Made by a program: the position numbers and the translations under genes
Assembly (NCBI GenBank): GCA_964035545.1
Contig: OZ037767.1
Coordinates: 28,474,628 to 28,538,627 of the forward strand
Source of the DNA: Bugula neritina
Taxonomy: Eukaryota > Animalia > Bryozoa
DNA length: 64,000 bases
Reading direction: 5' to 3'
In this document: positions 25,401-39,000 of the stretch, one piece after another
Layout: each line of letters starts with the position of its first letter
Numbering within the stretch: position 1 is the stretch's first letter
The notes under the pieces: generated by a model
Seen by the model: only the letters and a program-made list of their open reading frames with translations
Told to the model about the DNA's origin: nothing
Database searches by the model: none

Positions 25401-27595
25401 AATTAGCCTAAACAGGCAAGCAAGTTAACAACTCCCCAACTACTATTTAACCTGGTGGACATTACCTCCCCAGTCTGTAGATGACTACACACTACACAGA
25501 CAGACTTACCTTACAGATAGACATCTTAGTATCTGTAGGAATATCTAGTTTCATGGTGAGGGTAAAGATCTGATCTATCATACTCACTTCACTCACAAAC
25601 TTTGTCTGCAGCTCAGATAACTTCCCAGAAGCAGCTGAGAAAGCAGCACCAAACACCGTAGCGTAAACTAAACCTGTAACCAGTCAGTTGTTAAACAAAT
25701 ATATTTTGAGATCAATGTAGAACAGTTATAGCTTGTGCATAAGACAAATTATGAAAAACTTAAATGTTGCAAATTGATAATTTTCTCCCATAAACTTTAA
25801 GCTGTCATAATTGCTACAAAGAATGCATAGCAGATGTGGCTATATAAAATATGACTGGTATACGATGCATGTATAGGCATTTACCTGCAGCATAATCTAA
25901 ATAGATAATAATGTATATAATTATATAAGCATTTACCTGCAGGCATGAGGAAGCAGGCAATGGCATCATTAACATTAGGGACCTCGTCATGATCAGGCCA
26001 CATGTACTTAGTGAGAGTAGGGTAGAGGTAGAGGACAAGGGGGGCCTGGAGTATAGAGATGAGAGCTGGGGCAGCCAACCCAACCAAATCTGCAGGTTAA
26101 AATAAACAAACTTTACTTAGCTATTTTCACTAATATGATTTTATCTCAGCTCTGTGTAGTTCATGCATTTACATGATATATATTATAAGTTTAGAGCATT
26201 TGTAAACACAACTTATACTTCTAGCTGTTCTAGCTGTTCTAGCTGCTTTACATATTTTTAGCAGATTAGTTGCATCTCGACATGCTTATATTTTATAAAA
26301 TTTACAAAAATAATTTATTTTAAAGTCTTGATCATGAAGGCTTTGACTGATGGAATTGCAGATAAAAACTTAGAAATCAAATAATGTGAGCAAAGGATGT
26401 GTTTTCACTGATCTATAAATTTAAACAATTAAAACAAATACAGATAAATAGTGTTGGATTCTGTTTATTTCTTCCAATAAACTTGACTTGCCTTTTATTT
26501 AAACTTCAATCATTTGAGTTATAATATGTCAGGAAAATAATGTATTAGCTTGCCATTGCTGTTACTTTAATTATAATTGCTATGTTTGAAATCCAAGTTT
26601 GAAAGCAGGTTGGGTATTAGATTATAATTTTGAAGCCTCTTGTACCACAATAAATATTAAAGCCCATGACCAGTAAGTAAGAACTATTGCATCGCATGGT
26701 TGCGAGTGTCTTGTTAGTGTTATATTAGGTCTATAAACAAATGATATTTGACTTTATATGCTAAGTCTTTTTTAGAATATTAAAATAATCAACTCATGTT
26801 CTATTTATATGATACTTTTTGATTTTATAAGATAATAAAATAGCATACCTACCACTTGTTCTGTTGTAGAAGTGTTCCTTGTACTCTAACACTTCTAAAT
26901 CAAAGGCATTCAAGAATTTCTCATCAGGAAGGGGAGTGGGAGTTGGGGACACTCGAGGAGTAAAACTAGACTTCTGTTTGAGATTCCTTTTGGCATGCAA
27001 CCGCTTCCTTATATTTAAAAGTCCTATACCTTTAATCAAAACATAATTATATAAGTTATAAATTGCAATTATAATTATTTAGGAGCAGTGCTGGAGAATT
27101 GAAATAGCCTATGTTCTTCTAATTTCTTTATAAATTTTGGTTTGTGGCGAGGGTTGGAATTATTGCAAAAACATAACTTGTTTTGCTACATTTTTAATTT
27201 AGAACACAGGCTTTTCTCAATTTCTCCATTACTGCACCTACCTTACTTCATTTGCTGTATATTTATTATTTTTAAACAAACAATTTTGAATAAAGTTTCT
27301 TTTTCAAATCCATTAATCTGACTCACTCACCACCAAGAATAAGCAGGAGCAGCAGAATGGTTGGAATTATGATACTTTCAGTACTTGCTAAAGGCTCTGC
27401 TACACTTTCCGGCTCCGAAACTATTTCACCAAGATCTTCAGGTTTTGCACTACCTTCGGGTAGACTGATCACTTCTTTAGACAGTAATTCATATTCAGTG
27501 TGATTGTTTTCTGACTTAGCTTCTGGTTCTGGCGACTGTGTGGCATTGCTTCTAGTCTCTAAAGCTACGCTGGCATCAGCTGTAACTTCTGCCAT
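22441..27595 (-). CDS. DUF4239/bestrophin-like multipass membrane protein, paralog A (short acidic N-terminus)
   Basis: Eight exons (27595-27331, ~27028-26851, ~26089-25937, ~25674-25511, ~24924-24834, ~24254-24088, 23457-23222, 22649-22441). Hydrophobic segments GLVYATVFGAAFSAA and LAICMITVFSISILCFVIADLDNPFSG; LDxPFxG after a TM helix is the recalled DUF4239 signature. Exon structure is mirrored by paralog B. Confidence 0.8.
23941..24120 (-). repeat. 65-bp tandem repeat x3 spanning the exon-6 donor of paralog A
   Basis: TACGGGCAG at 23941, 24006 and 24071. The unit is the last ~33 nt of the exon plus the intron start. Confidence 0.95.
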
Positions 27596-30009
27596 CTTGT
27601 AGGTCTCACTTACGGCTTCAAACCTTAGTGCCTTCTGGTTTCAGTGCTCTATATTTTGTAATTAGCTTTTCAAAACGTGTAGTGAAGTTCTGTTATATAC
27701 ATTTGTATTGCCATTGATTAAAATTTCAAATGTTTATTAGTTTGAATACCATTGGTTCTGCAAAGTGATTAGTGACGTTATGCAACAGCTGACAAGTGCG
27801 GAAATGGTGTGGATAGCAAAAGTGTCTCCATTGAGTTGAGTATTTCTTTCAATATATTCAACCTAGAAATCAATTCTAATATATTTACTTATAAAAGAAT
27901 CTCAACAAGCATGAATAATGCAATTTAAAAATGCAGTTTCATGTAGATGAAACCAAATGTTTATAAATGGCTTGCCAAGTAGAGCATTTAGCACATTAAA
28001 GTTGAACTTTCTGATGAACTCTTTTTTTAAGTTATGTAACTTCACCACATGATTTTTTGTATCAAAGAATAATATAGAGAAATACTCAATGCAGTTGGCT
28101 TTTGTTATATTACCAGATGTTTGGGAACTCATAAGGTAAGAAAGCACTGAACATGTATGTGGTCTGGGGTACAATATGCCCACTACTAAAAGGAAATATA
28201 TTATTTTGCAAGCTGGCGTTGTTAAAAGTCTCATAATGTATTATTAAATATTAGATACCTTTAGAATTAATAATCTTTAAAACTTGTGAACTATTCTTTG
28301 AACAATATGGACAAAAATAACGTCCATGGAACTAGAGATACTGCAGCATTTTTAATTAAAACCAATGGGTGTTGATTAGTAAAATGTTCTACAGCATTTA
28401 CCATGATGGTATACATGACCTTTGGTCAAAATTATTTTAGTCATATAAAGATATTATTCAACAACAAAATGATGGCAACTAACATGTCTAACCATAAAAC
28501 TAAGGAGTCGAAGGTTAATGCTGATTTATTAGATATTGCTCAAGTTTCAACTGCCATCACTTTCTTCCATACACTTTGTTTATTGAAATCTTTAGTAGAG
28601 CTCTTTAAAATCATAAATAATTAAAAAACAACAGTTAGTACCTTTTAAATGGTGTTTTACGAATTCTAGACACCGCAATCGTCTTTAGATTATATTTCAA
28701 GTATAGAACAATGCATTAGTGTATAGCGTTTAGCGAGAATATTATATTATTATATATTATAATGATATATATTTTTCTTATTTCTTGAATTGCGGCCTGC
28801 CATAGAGTTATCTTTTCTTTATAATAAGTGCTTTGCAATGTCAAGGTCCGTTAATAAATCTTACCCAATGATATTACGGTTTCTGTTTACAAGCTGACAT
28901 GGCGGCGAAAAAAGCTTTAAATTAACCCAAGTCTGTGTCTTTCAATATTTCTGTTGAGAAACGTGTTAGCCATTTAGCTTTCTCGTGCTGAAGCTATATA
29001 AATCGAATAATTAATTTAATGTTAATATGGCCCAAAGGTATGATTACATATACTATTCAATTAGTTGACTGACAGCCTTCTAGTTCTTGGTTGATTATCA
29101 TTATTTCATTCATCATTCATGATTTAATTTTATTTGATTCATAATAATAATTTATTTGATTTTCATCTTGTACTTGTAGACTTTAAAACTCATTTTAGTC
29201 TTAGAGTTAAAAGTTTAGCTTTTAGACTGTTTAGCTTTTAGACTGTTTAGTGTTAGTATAAGCATTGTATTCAGTATTAATAGAATTAAACATAGCAATC
29301 TCGTACTGATACTGATAGTGATAGTATTACTATTACTATTAGTATTAGTATTATTATTTAGTTTTACTTGTACCTTTAGAGTTTAGTATTTAGTATTTAC
29401 AATAACTATTAGTAATACTATTTTACTTTCATTTTTAAAGTATTACTATTAGTGTTTAATTTCAGTTTTTTTACTTTGGTTTTAAGTTGAACATCTGCTT
29501 CAAGTTTAAAATCATACTAATTATAAACATGAAAATTAATCCTGAATATGATGCTCAATTGCCAAAATAAGAATATCTCATAAATATAGCATTCATATTG
29601 TTATTCCTATTAGAATTATTAATGACTATTACTATTGGTATTGTATTTATACTGACACTAGTAGAGTAATGCCGTAATGGTTATAGTTGATGCTATAAAT
29701 GTATGTTGAAATTTAAATTTCACATTCTAGGCCTATATCTGAAACTATTGTAAATTTTCAATTCTCTTTTTAGCATCACTAATGGTCCAGATCAGATATG
29801 AATCCCTGTCTTAGCACAAGTCTGTTATATTAGGCTTGACAGCTAACAGTAGACCACAACCACTTCTTAAATATATGTGTTTTACTCCTTTGTGGAAATT
29901 ATTTGTAAAGTAGTGTATTACATTTTTATTTTTTTTTGTAATAATACTTTTTAGTATTGCATGTTCTCAGCATTCTGTACAATGGACATAGTTGTAGTTG
30001 AAAATTAAA

Positions 30010-33000
30010 ATGGCAAGGGAAGAAATTTCAGATGAAAGTCTGTGGAAGCTATTCGAGAGTTCAACAAATGATTTGCTGTCACAATCTGTAATTAACAAAA
30101 CAAAACTGGCAGCTGAAGCTGTGATCAGTCGCAAGTCTCGGTCTGAAAGTACGCAGGAAAGGTCAGTGGCTGTGTAGTGGTGTTACAATTTAATAAACAA
30201 TAAATTATTTGCACCATGTGCTATGAATATCAAGTCAACCGGTCACTGTTGTCAGATGTAGTAGACAAATACATTGTTGTAGAGAAGCTGACAGATCTCA
30301 AAGCCCACTGGTGCTCACAAACTCACCTCCAGAAGCTGCATCACAACCCCGAACAAAGTCACATGCAGCTGGTGTTTCAGAAGCTCCACCTCGTAGCACA
30401 AGCCGCCCTCAGTTAGCCTCAGCTCTATCTGTAGATGAGCCTAAGTCCCCCACAGGTGATCTGGTCACGCCTACAAATAATTCACCTCCTCCGACAGATG
30501 ATGCTTTCGTACCGCATGTCTTGGACACAGTGGCTGAAGAGAGCAGTAGAGAATCTGTACTTTCTGGTAGGTAGCAATAGCTTATACCGGTGGTAGGTTG
30601 TGTTTCTTGCAATGGTTAAAAGTAAATACTAATAGTTTTTTTTAACTAGTCATATAAACATTTATTTTCTAATGATGATTCAGCAACTTTGTGTAAAGTT
30701 TTTTGGCAAGCTAACCACTAAACTTGTGCAATGTTGTAAAGTGCTAACAACTTCTTTATTCAGATTTTTCAGCTAATAAAGTGAAGGTGAAAGTAAAGAG
30801 TGTTAGAGAAATTGTCTCCCCGTTTGAAACTAGAATACAAGAAAATCAAGATAATGATGAGACAACTCCCCAAGTTGTGGATAGAAAAACTGCTGTAAGT
30901 TTGTTTCACAAGTTACTGTACTTTGTATTGAAATGGCAAGTCATATCTATGCTAAATATTAGTTCATAGTGTTGCAGCTTCAACATTTACACATAAAAAG
31001 ATTAAACAAGTTTATAGAATTATGTATATTTTTGAGAAAAATATTGTGATTTTTAGTTGTTTGCACTTGTAGACTAGATCTAAATTATGCCATTTTTTGC
31101 CCAATTATCTAGTCACCTGTTGGCTTTGAAGAAAAATAGAGTTTGTTTTTCTATCTACTGTTTTCTTGATATTTTTTAAACCATTTATTCATACTGAAAC
31201 ATGTGCACGAATTGAACAAATATTTTGCAGCAAAATCATTTACATTTTCTACTTGTTATCCTGTAGAGCATTAATTCATCAGACGGTTGCATGGAGACTA
31301 TCTCAGCGCCGATGCAGCCTGAGAACTGCAAATACACAGGAAGCATCCCTGGGGGCGTGTTTGTTACTGTGGAGAAACACACTCTAGATGGCGCTACAAT
31401 CTCTAGACACGTGTCTAGTACTCCTCTCTCGGCTAATGTTAAGTTGACTAGTGATGACCTTGATAAAGTGTCACAAGGTGCTAGTAGCTCCTCCTGTCAA
31501 AGTTCTTTCGACATTCCAGTTATTTCAGTAAGTGTGTTTGTCGACCAATAAAATAATTGTTCTGGAAAATTAATTTTACTATCGTGAAGGTTCTTTAACA
31601 TGTTATGTGCATCAAGTAATATTAAACGTTTCATATGTGGTTAGACTGAGTTTTGTCCAGTTCATTCTGGTGACCTTTTTTATAGTTTTACATTCTTTTT
31701 TAAACATGAAATTAATTGCTGATATATCTCCAGGCCTTGCTTGAACCAGGTGTGTGTTGGAACAGGTTGTATGTGTTTAGGTGAGATTTTATTAGTTGTA
31801 TATTGTAGTCAATTCTTGGTTAGATAGGTTCAGTATTCAATTTTTCTGCTCCTTTATGGAAATATCTCTTGTATTCATGTATATTTTCTATACTTACACT
31901 ATTCATGTACGTATCTTCTGTACAGCAGCATCCTGTAGTGAAGAGACTCTCAGACAAGCCTGAAGCTGCTGTTGGTGAGCGTGGAGGCAGCATAGACAAG
32001 GTGCTGCCGGAGAGAGACACGAGGATAGGGACGGGTATATCTCAGGGTAGAGGGAAGACAATGCTGACAAACCCGCAGCTCATGGGACAAGACGTTCAAG
32101 TGAGGCAGTATGAGCAGAGTGCCAGGCAAACCGCTGTCAGACATCTTCAGGCCAAACAGTATGTGATGTATATGTATTATATCTAGTAATACACTGTAGG
32201 TGTATAGTGTACATGTATATCTAGTAATATACTGTAGGTGTATAGTGTACATGTACATCTAGTAATACACTGTAGGTGTGATGTGTACATGTATATCTAG
32301 TAATACACTGTAGGTGTATAGTGTACATGTATATCTAGTAATATACTGTAGGTGTATAGTGTACATATATATCTAGTAATATACTGTAGGCGTAATGTGT
32401 ATATGTATATCTAGTAATACACTGTAGGTGTATTGTGTACATGTATATCTAGTAATATACTGTAGGTGTATTGTGTATATGTATTATATCTAGTAATATA
32501 CTGTAGGTGTGATGTGTACATGTATATCTAGTAATATACTGTAGGTGTATAGTGTACATGTACATCTAGTAATACACTGTAGGTATATTGTGTGCATGTA
32601 TATCTAGTAATACACTGTAGGTGTATTGTGTACATGTACATCTAGTAATATACTGTAGGTGTATTGTGTACATGTATATCTAGTAATATACTGTAAATGT
32701 ATATCTAGTAATATACTGTAAGTGTGTAGTGTACATGTATATCTAGTAATATACTGTAAGTGTATAGTGTACATGTATATCTAGTAATACACTGTAGGTA
32801 TATTGTGTGCATGTATATCTAGTAATACACTGTAGGTATATTGTGTACATGTACATCTAGTAATACACTGTAGGTGTGATGTGTACATGTATATCTAGTA
32901 ATATACTGTAGGTGTGAGACAAGAGTGCCTAAGAATACTTACTCTGTGCCAGTCAAAAGAGTGGTAAATCCAGACGATCTGAAAGCCGCTGGGACAGCTA

Positions 33001-36000
33001 GTGGTCATTCACCAACTTCACCTGGTGTCAGTGGCATTCTACCTGCTAAGAACATCACTGTAAGTACTGCGTGATATACTCGCTAGTTGTGTATTATATT
33101 ATACTCGCTAGTTGTGTATTATATTATACTCGCTAGTTGTGTATTATATTATACTCGCTAGTTGTGTATTATATTATACTCTCTAGTTGTGTATTATATT
33201 ATACTCGCTAGTTGTGTATTATATTATACTCGCTAGTTGTGTATTATATTATACTCGCTAGTTGTGTATTATATTATACTCGCTAGTTGTGTGTTATATT
33301 ATACTCGCTAGTTGTGTATTATATTATACTCGCTAGTTGTGTATTATATTATACTCGCTAGTTGTGTATTATATTATACTCGCTAGTTGTGTATTATATT
33401 ATACTCGCTAGTTGTGTATTATATTATACTCGCTAGTTGTGTATTATATTATACTCGCTAGTTGTGTATTATATTATACTCGCTAGTTGTGTATTATATT
33501 ATACTCGCTAGTTGTGTATTATATTATACTCGCTAGTTGTGTATTATATTATACTCGCTAGTTGTGTATTATATTATACTCGCTAGTTGTGTATTATATT
33601 ATACTCGCTAGTTGTATGTTATATTATACGCGCTAGTTGTGTATTATATTATACTCGCTAGTTGTGTATTATATTATACTCGCTAGTTGTGTATTATATT
33701 ATACTCGCTAGTTGTGTATTATATTATACGCGCTAGTTGTGTATTATATTATACTCGCTAGTTGTGTATTATATTATACTCGCTAGTTGTGTATTATATT
33801 ATACGCGCTAGTTGTGTATTATATTATACTCGCTAGTTGTGTATTATATTATACTCGCTAGTTGTGTATTATATTATACTCGCTAGTTGTGTATTATATT
33901 ATACTCGCTAGTTGTGTATTATATTATACTCGCTAGTTGTGTATTATATTATACTCGCTAGTTGTGTATTATATTATACTCGCTAGTTGTGTATTATATT
34001 ATACTCGCTAGCTGTGTATTATATTATACTCACTAGTTGTGTGTTATATTATACTCGCTAGTTGTGTATTATATTATACGCGCTAGTTGTGTATTATATT
34101 ATACTCGCTAGTTGTGTATTATATTATACTCGCTAGTTGTGTATCACCTGCCCAGAACACTGTCCCATCATGCAACCAGCTTCATGTCTAAAAATAGAAA
34201 TGGCAATGGAGGCTAGCCATTTTTATTTAGTTTTGGCTATTGATGATTAATTTTAAAACTAGTTTCCTATTCTGTTTTCAGATACAACATGAATTAGTAG
34301 GCTCCCAGTTCGCAACGTCTCTGATGGAGCGTCTAGCTGGTTTGGCAGCGGTTCCGGCAGCACAGACTGGTGGTAACCAGGAGCTGAAGGAAATCAAGTG
34401 CTTAGAGGGTAAACTGAAGGAGACAGAGGTTGAGCTGAGTGCTTTGAAGGAGCAAATGAGCCGTCAACAAGTTGACGATCAGGTGAGTTTTAATATTGTA
34501 CCTGAACTCTGGGAGTTAGTGTGTATCTCTCATACTAGTATACTTTGTTAGTTAGTGTATATCTCATACTAGTATACTCTGTTAGTTAGTGTATATCTCA
34601 TACTAGTATACTTTGTTAGTTACTGTGTGTTAATCACAATGCTACTACATACTGTCATGTTATGGTGAATCTACTGGTAGAACAAGCTGCTGATGGAATT
34701 AGTGCAGTCACAGAAAAACCTGAATAGTCAGCTTCTTGGCCTCAGATCTCTTGAACATCCCAAATCAAAGTTAGCGAGGGACGTAGTGTACAATCCCCTC
34801 GAAACACCTGCACCTAGATCTAAGCTCCCAGCAGCAGCCGAGAGGGAAGAGTCACCAACAGGTTTGCTAACTAAAATATGTCTAGACCGTGTTCCAGGCG
34901 TAGAGTCTGTCAGGTCGGGCGGTAGGTAGTAACTAATGTGCTTGTTTCTTCAGGGTTCATGGAACAAGTGGTCAGAAGCTACCCTTCTCCAATGTCTCCA
35001 CAAAAACCACATCATGTCTCCAGGTATGTCAGTTTCTCACTCACCTGTTTAAATGTGTCGACTCACTTTCCTCAACGTATCAAAATATGTTATGTCGATG
35101 TACTTTTCAATTGATGCGTATTTTTATTATGGATTTGAAATCAATATATCCTCAAGGTAAAGGTTCAACTCAACAATTTACAGGTCAGCTAAGGGTTTTA
35201 CTTCTCCTGAAAAAACTCGAAGAAAGACTTCACCCCCATCGAGTCCGGAGCATAGACTCGCTAAGAATAGGGAGTTATCTCCCGCCACTGCACAGAGAAA
35301 TATTGATGATATGATTCGACGAGAGAAGCTGCAGACGGAAACTAATCACCAGCTACATCTCTTACAAGGTGAGGGTCTCGGCTGGTGGCTCACCAACTCT
35401 GAGTCATTCAAATAGATTGAAATTAAAGTTTTTGTGCCAAAATGATTTCCCTTGTTTATAATAGTAATGAATGTATGCCTTCAAAAATCTCATTTGCTCA
35501 TGATCATTTGCTACCTTTAATTAATTTTTTGTGATTGGTTAATTTTTTCATGAAACTAGACAATGACTTCTTAAGTTGGATATGCCTATTGCTCATATAG
35601 TGTGTGAGTAGTTGACGTGTTAGACATCGTGTAGATAAAGTGGACAGACTGGTAGACGAACAGAGAATGCAGTCACTTCAAGTTGAAGAAGGTTTGAGGA
35701 GATCAGCTCCTATAGACCGCTATCTCAGTGACATGCGCACTATTAGGGAAGTCAACAGTCAGGTTCCCGTCAGGGACGCTCTCTCTCAGGCTAAACGAAA
35801 GAGTGCTAAGGTAACGATATTGATGTGATGTGCACAACTTTTTTCCCACAACAAAGGAGGAATGTTGAAAACGGGAAATTTTTTAATATTATCTTTAATA
35901 TGTCTATGTTTTGTTCACAAGTAGTTTTGTTGTTGAAACTGCCTGAAGTTAGGTCAAAACAATGGAGGGTTCGTACTTGTGACTTGTATTCATTTTTACA

Positions 36001-39000
36001 ACATAGACTCGGTAACTTTTGTGTCGCAGATTCGTAAATGTTTTCAGAAAGCCAAGAAAGATGATTTGGACATGACGTTTGTACAGGAAGAGGCGGAGAC
36101 CGTAACGTTAGCCACGCAGATTATGGAGAGACTATCTAAGCTGCGTAAGAGGAAGCAGCTTAGTGAAGACAACTTGGCTACTGTTATGGCTTTACGGGAA
36201 CGAGACCAGGCATACCTCAATATAGACGATGAGTTAGTCTTTTTTTTCCAGGCATTAAAGTTGTCTTCTCTTTTTGAATCAAACTAACTTTAGAAAACTA
36301 TGCATGTTAAACTTATTTTGCATATAACAAACTTAGTTTTGACTGCAGAATGTAAAGCTTGTGACAGAGTATTTGCTCTATAGATGTAGTTCTATGCTAT
36401 TTTCATTGCGTGAAATTGCATCACCCCTGCCTCTCTTACAGAGCGTGTGATGAGGAGGCACGGCTAAGGAAACTGGTCAAGTCTCATTTAGACAGAGCTG
36501 AGGCAGATGTGAAGGTGAATAGAACTGTGCTTCTGTTGACAGTGAATTGAATCAAATTGTTTTCCGTTGTTCCCATCAAGAATGTCTTTTCAAGTTCACC
36601 AAAATACTAAATTCCGTTAGCAGACTATAACGATAGAGTTGTCTTCTTTCTAGGTTCTCGGTAGTTGTATTTTTCGCTGCTACCAATTCCGTTAATTGTA
36701 TGTGATCTGATAATTCCACAGGTTTACTTATGCTTAGATATGGAATTTTCTAGAAGGAAACATACTTGGTCTGTCAGAAAGTTGTTTTCAGTCTTTATTT
36801 TGTCTTTTTGTGACTACAGAAGCAAGTATCTCAGATTGACTTCATACCCAAACCTTTGCACGATGTAAACGTGGCGTCTACACAGCCTCCCATCAAGTAT
36901 AAGACTGCAGCTCAAAGACTGAAGGCTATTCAAGCTAAGATTGACACCGGCATAGCCCGCAAACCTAAGATACCAGTAGATAAAGAAAATGTAAGCGATT
37001 CGTAGCCTTTATGCCATGTAGTATTGGTGTGTTCAACTTAACTGCACTAGCATAGCGAAAATTACAAGCCTATCTCTTACAATAATCTTGGTATTGCTCA
37101 AAACTCTAGACGGTATTTATTTTCTGCAGTCCTATTATGTATTGCGTTTTATATTCAATGCAGGAGCCTTTGGATCTTTATAAAGATGAGAATTATATAC
37201 GAAGGGTGTATGGGAAAGCCCTTTATCATTCACAGCGTAGGACTATAGAGAGAGCCAAGCCTGACCCTCCTACCCGGCCTGTTCCTTTCAAGAAAACTAC
37301 AGGTTGTATAACATTATTATATGTGACACACTTACTGAATAACACACTTACTGAATAACACACTTGCTGAATAACACACTTACTGAATAACACACTTACT
37401 GAATAACACACTTACTGAATAACACACATGAGTACTGAAGAGCAGGTAAAACGTGTGTTCAATGATAATTTTTATTAAAAAAAAATTTTCTGTTGATATA
37501 GTGCCAATAATTAATTGTGGAAGAATTTATGTACTTCATGCTCCAAAAAGTGTATAGTAAAATTTGTGTGTGAACAGGCAAAACTGTAAAATCAGAGAAA
37601 TCTCAGACAAAAGAAGACAAATCCAGTTTACTAAAAAAGGGCGCTATACTACAGAAACACAAACCAGCCAATCAGGTGCCAGTATCTAGTATAAAGAAGA
37701 TAACTCCGAAAGCTACTGTGTGTACAGGTATTTACCAACTAACTGTGTTATCAATAGAATTTCACTATTATAGAAAATCATAGCTGTTTAATTTCAGTTG
37801 CAAACCCAGCCTGCAGTTTCTGTATACTCCAGATTCTAGAGTATTACACTGGTTTGTAGGTGTATCACCCCCACAGGCTATTACACCCACCACAGTTCTG
37901 GGTTCAGGGATGAGAATAGAGCTAGAAGATCATACTAAGATGGTGTTTGATGTCCTCCCTCTGTCACAGTCTGAACTAAGAACTCAGTCTACCAAGAGTG
38001 ATGCTTCCGGGGGCCCAGCCGGTGACACCCTTAAATCCAGACATAGGAAGCAGTCGCCAGTTACAGTGGATAAAGGGCTATCATCTCCAGCATCTCTTTC
38101 GGTAGTTAGACTTAAAGCAGTTTCAACTTGGAATTCTCGTAATAGTTTTGTTGTTGCTCTAACTTCTATTGCTTCATTTGTAATGTTATTTTATAACTGA
38201 GAAAGGATGCCTGCTTTTATTAAATGGTATTTCGTGCTTTTAACTAACAGCAGTGAAACTCTATCCTCAATATTCACTAATGGCATTCGTGTTCTTCAAC
38301 AATATTGTGCAGTTTATACCTGTTACAGACACCTGCTACAGGTGTGTAGTTTGTACCTGTCACACACACACCTGGTACAAGTGTTGTCTTCATTGCATGC
38401 CCCTCTATTTTCTCATTACTCCCCTACCAACAACTTTTCTTCAGGAAAGTGACGCAAACGTCAACAACAATGCCAAGTCTGATAGAGACGTGTCCAGCGG
38501 AGCAGACAGGAAACAGGAAGAGACTGAAGATTCTGTCACCAGTGAATGGCAGGAGGTTAGTCGTGTGTTGTGAGTCATCCTCAAGGCTATGAGTCATAGG
38601 ATTTTTGTTTCTCAATCAGATAATCAGTAGCTAAAAGAAAGCTTTGTTTTCTGTTATAAACAAAGTGGTAAGATCTTTATAGTGAAAGTATTGTAATTTT
38701 GTCCATTGAGTATATTTTTGGTTGCTCACCAGTGTATGATTAGTTGTGGTCTAATAGTTGGCGCACTAGCCTAGTATGATCCATGTGTGCTAGGTCGTAG
38801 GTTTGAAGCTTGGTGGGGCCATCGAGTATGCCAGGAAAGCATCTGATTGTAACAGCTTCTGTGCTTCGGCAGAATTCCTTAGACCAAGTTGCCAGCTTGG
38901 TCTTGGTGGAGGCACAGCTCTTACTCTTCCCAAGGCCCTCGAAGAGAGTTATCATATTAATGAAGACTTTTTACAAAAATGATTTATTGTTTGCAGAGTG

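Noticed and set aside
29027-29037. ATGGCCCAAAG|GT as the TALPID3 start codon
   Set aside because: Splicing to the candidate acceptors near 29955-29997 gives in-frame stops before 30010; more likely 5' UTR or a uORF.
32159-34144. Regular arrays as CRISPR
   Set aside because: No unique spacers, no cas genes, eukaryotic intron context.
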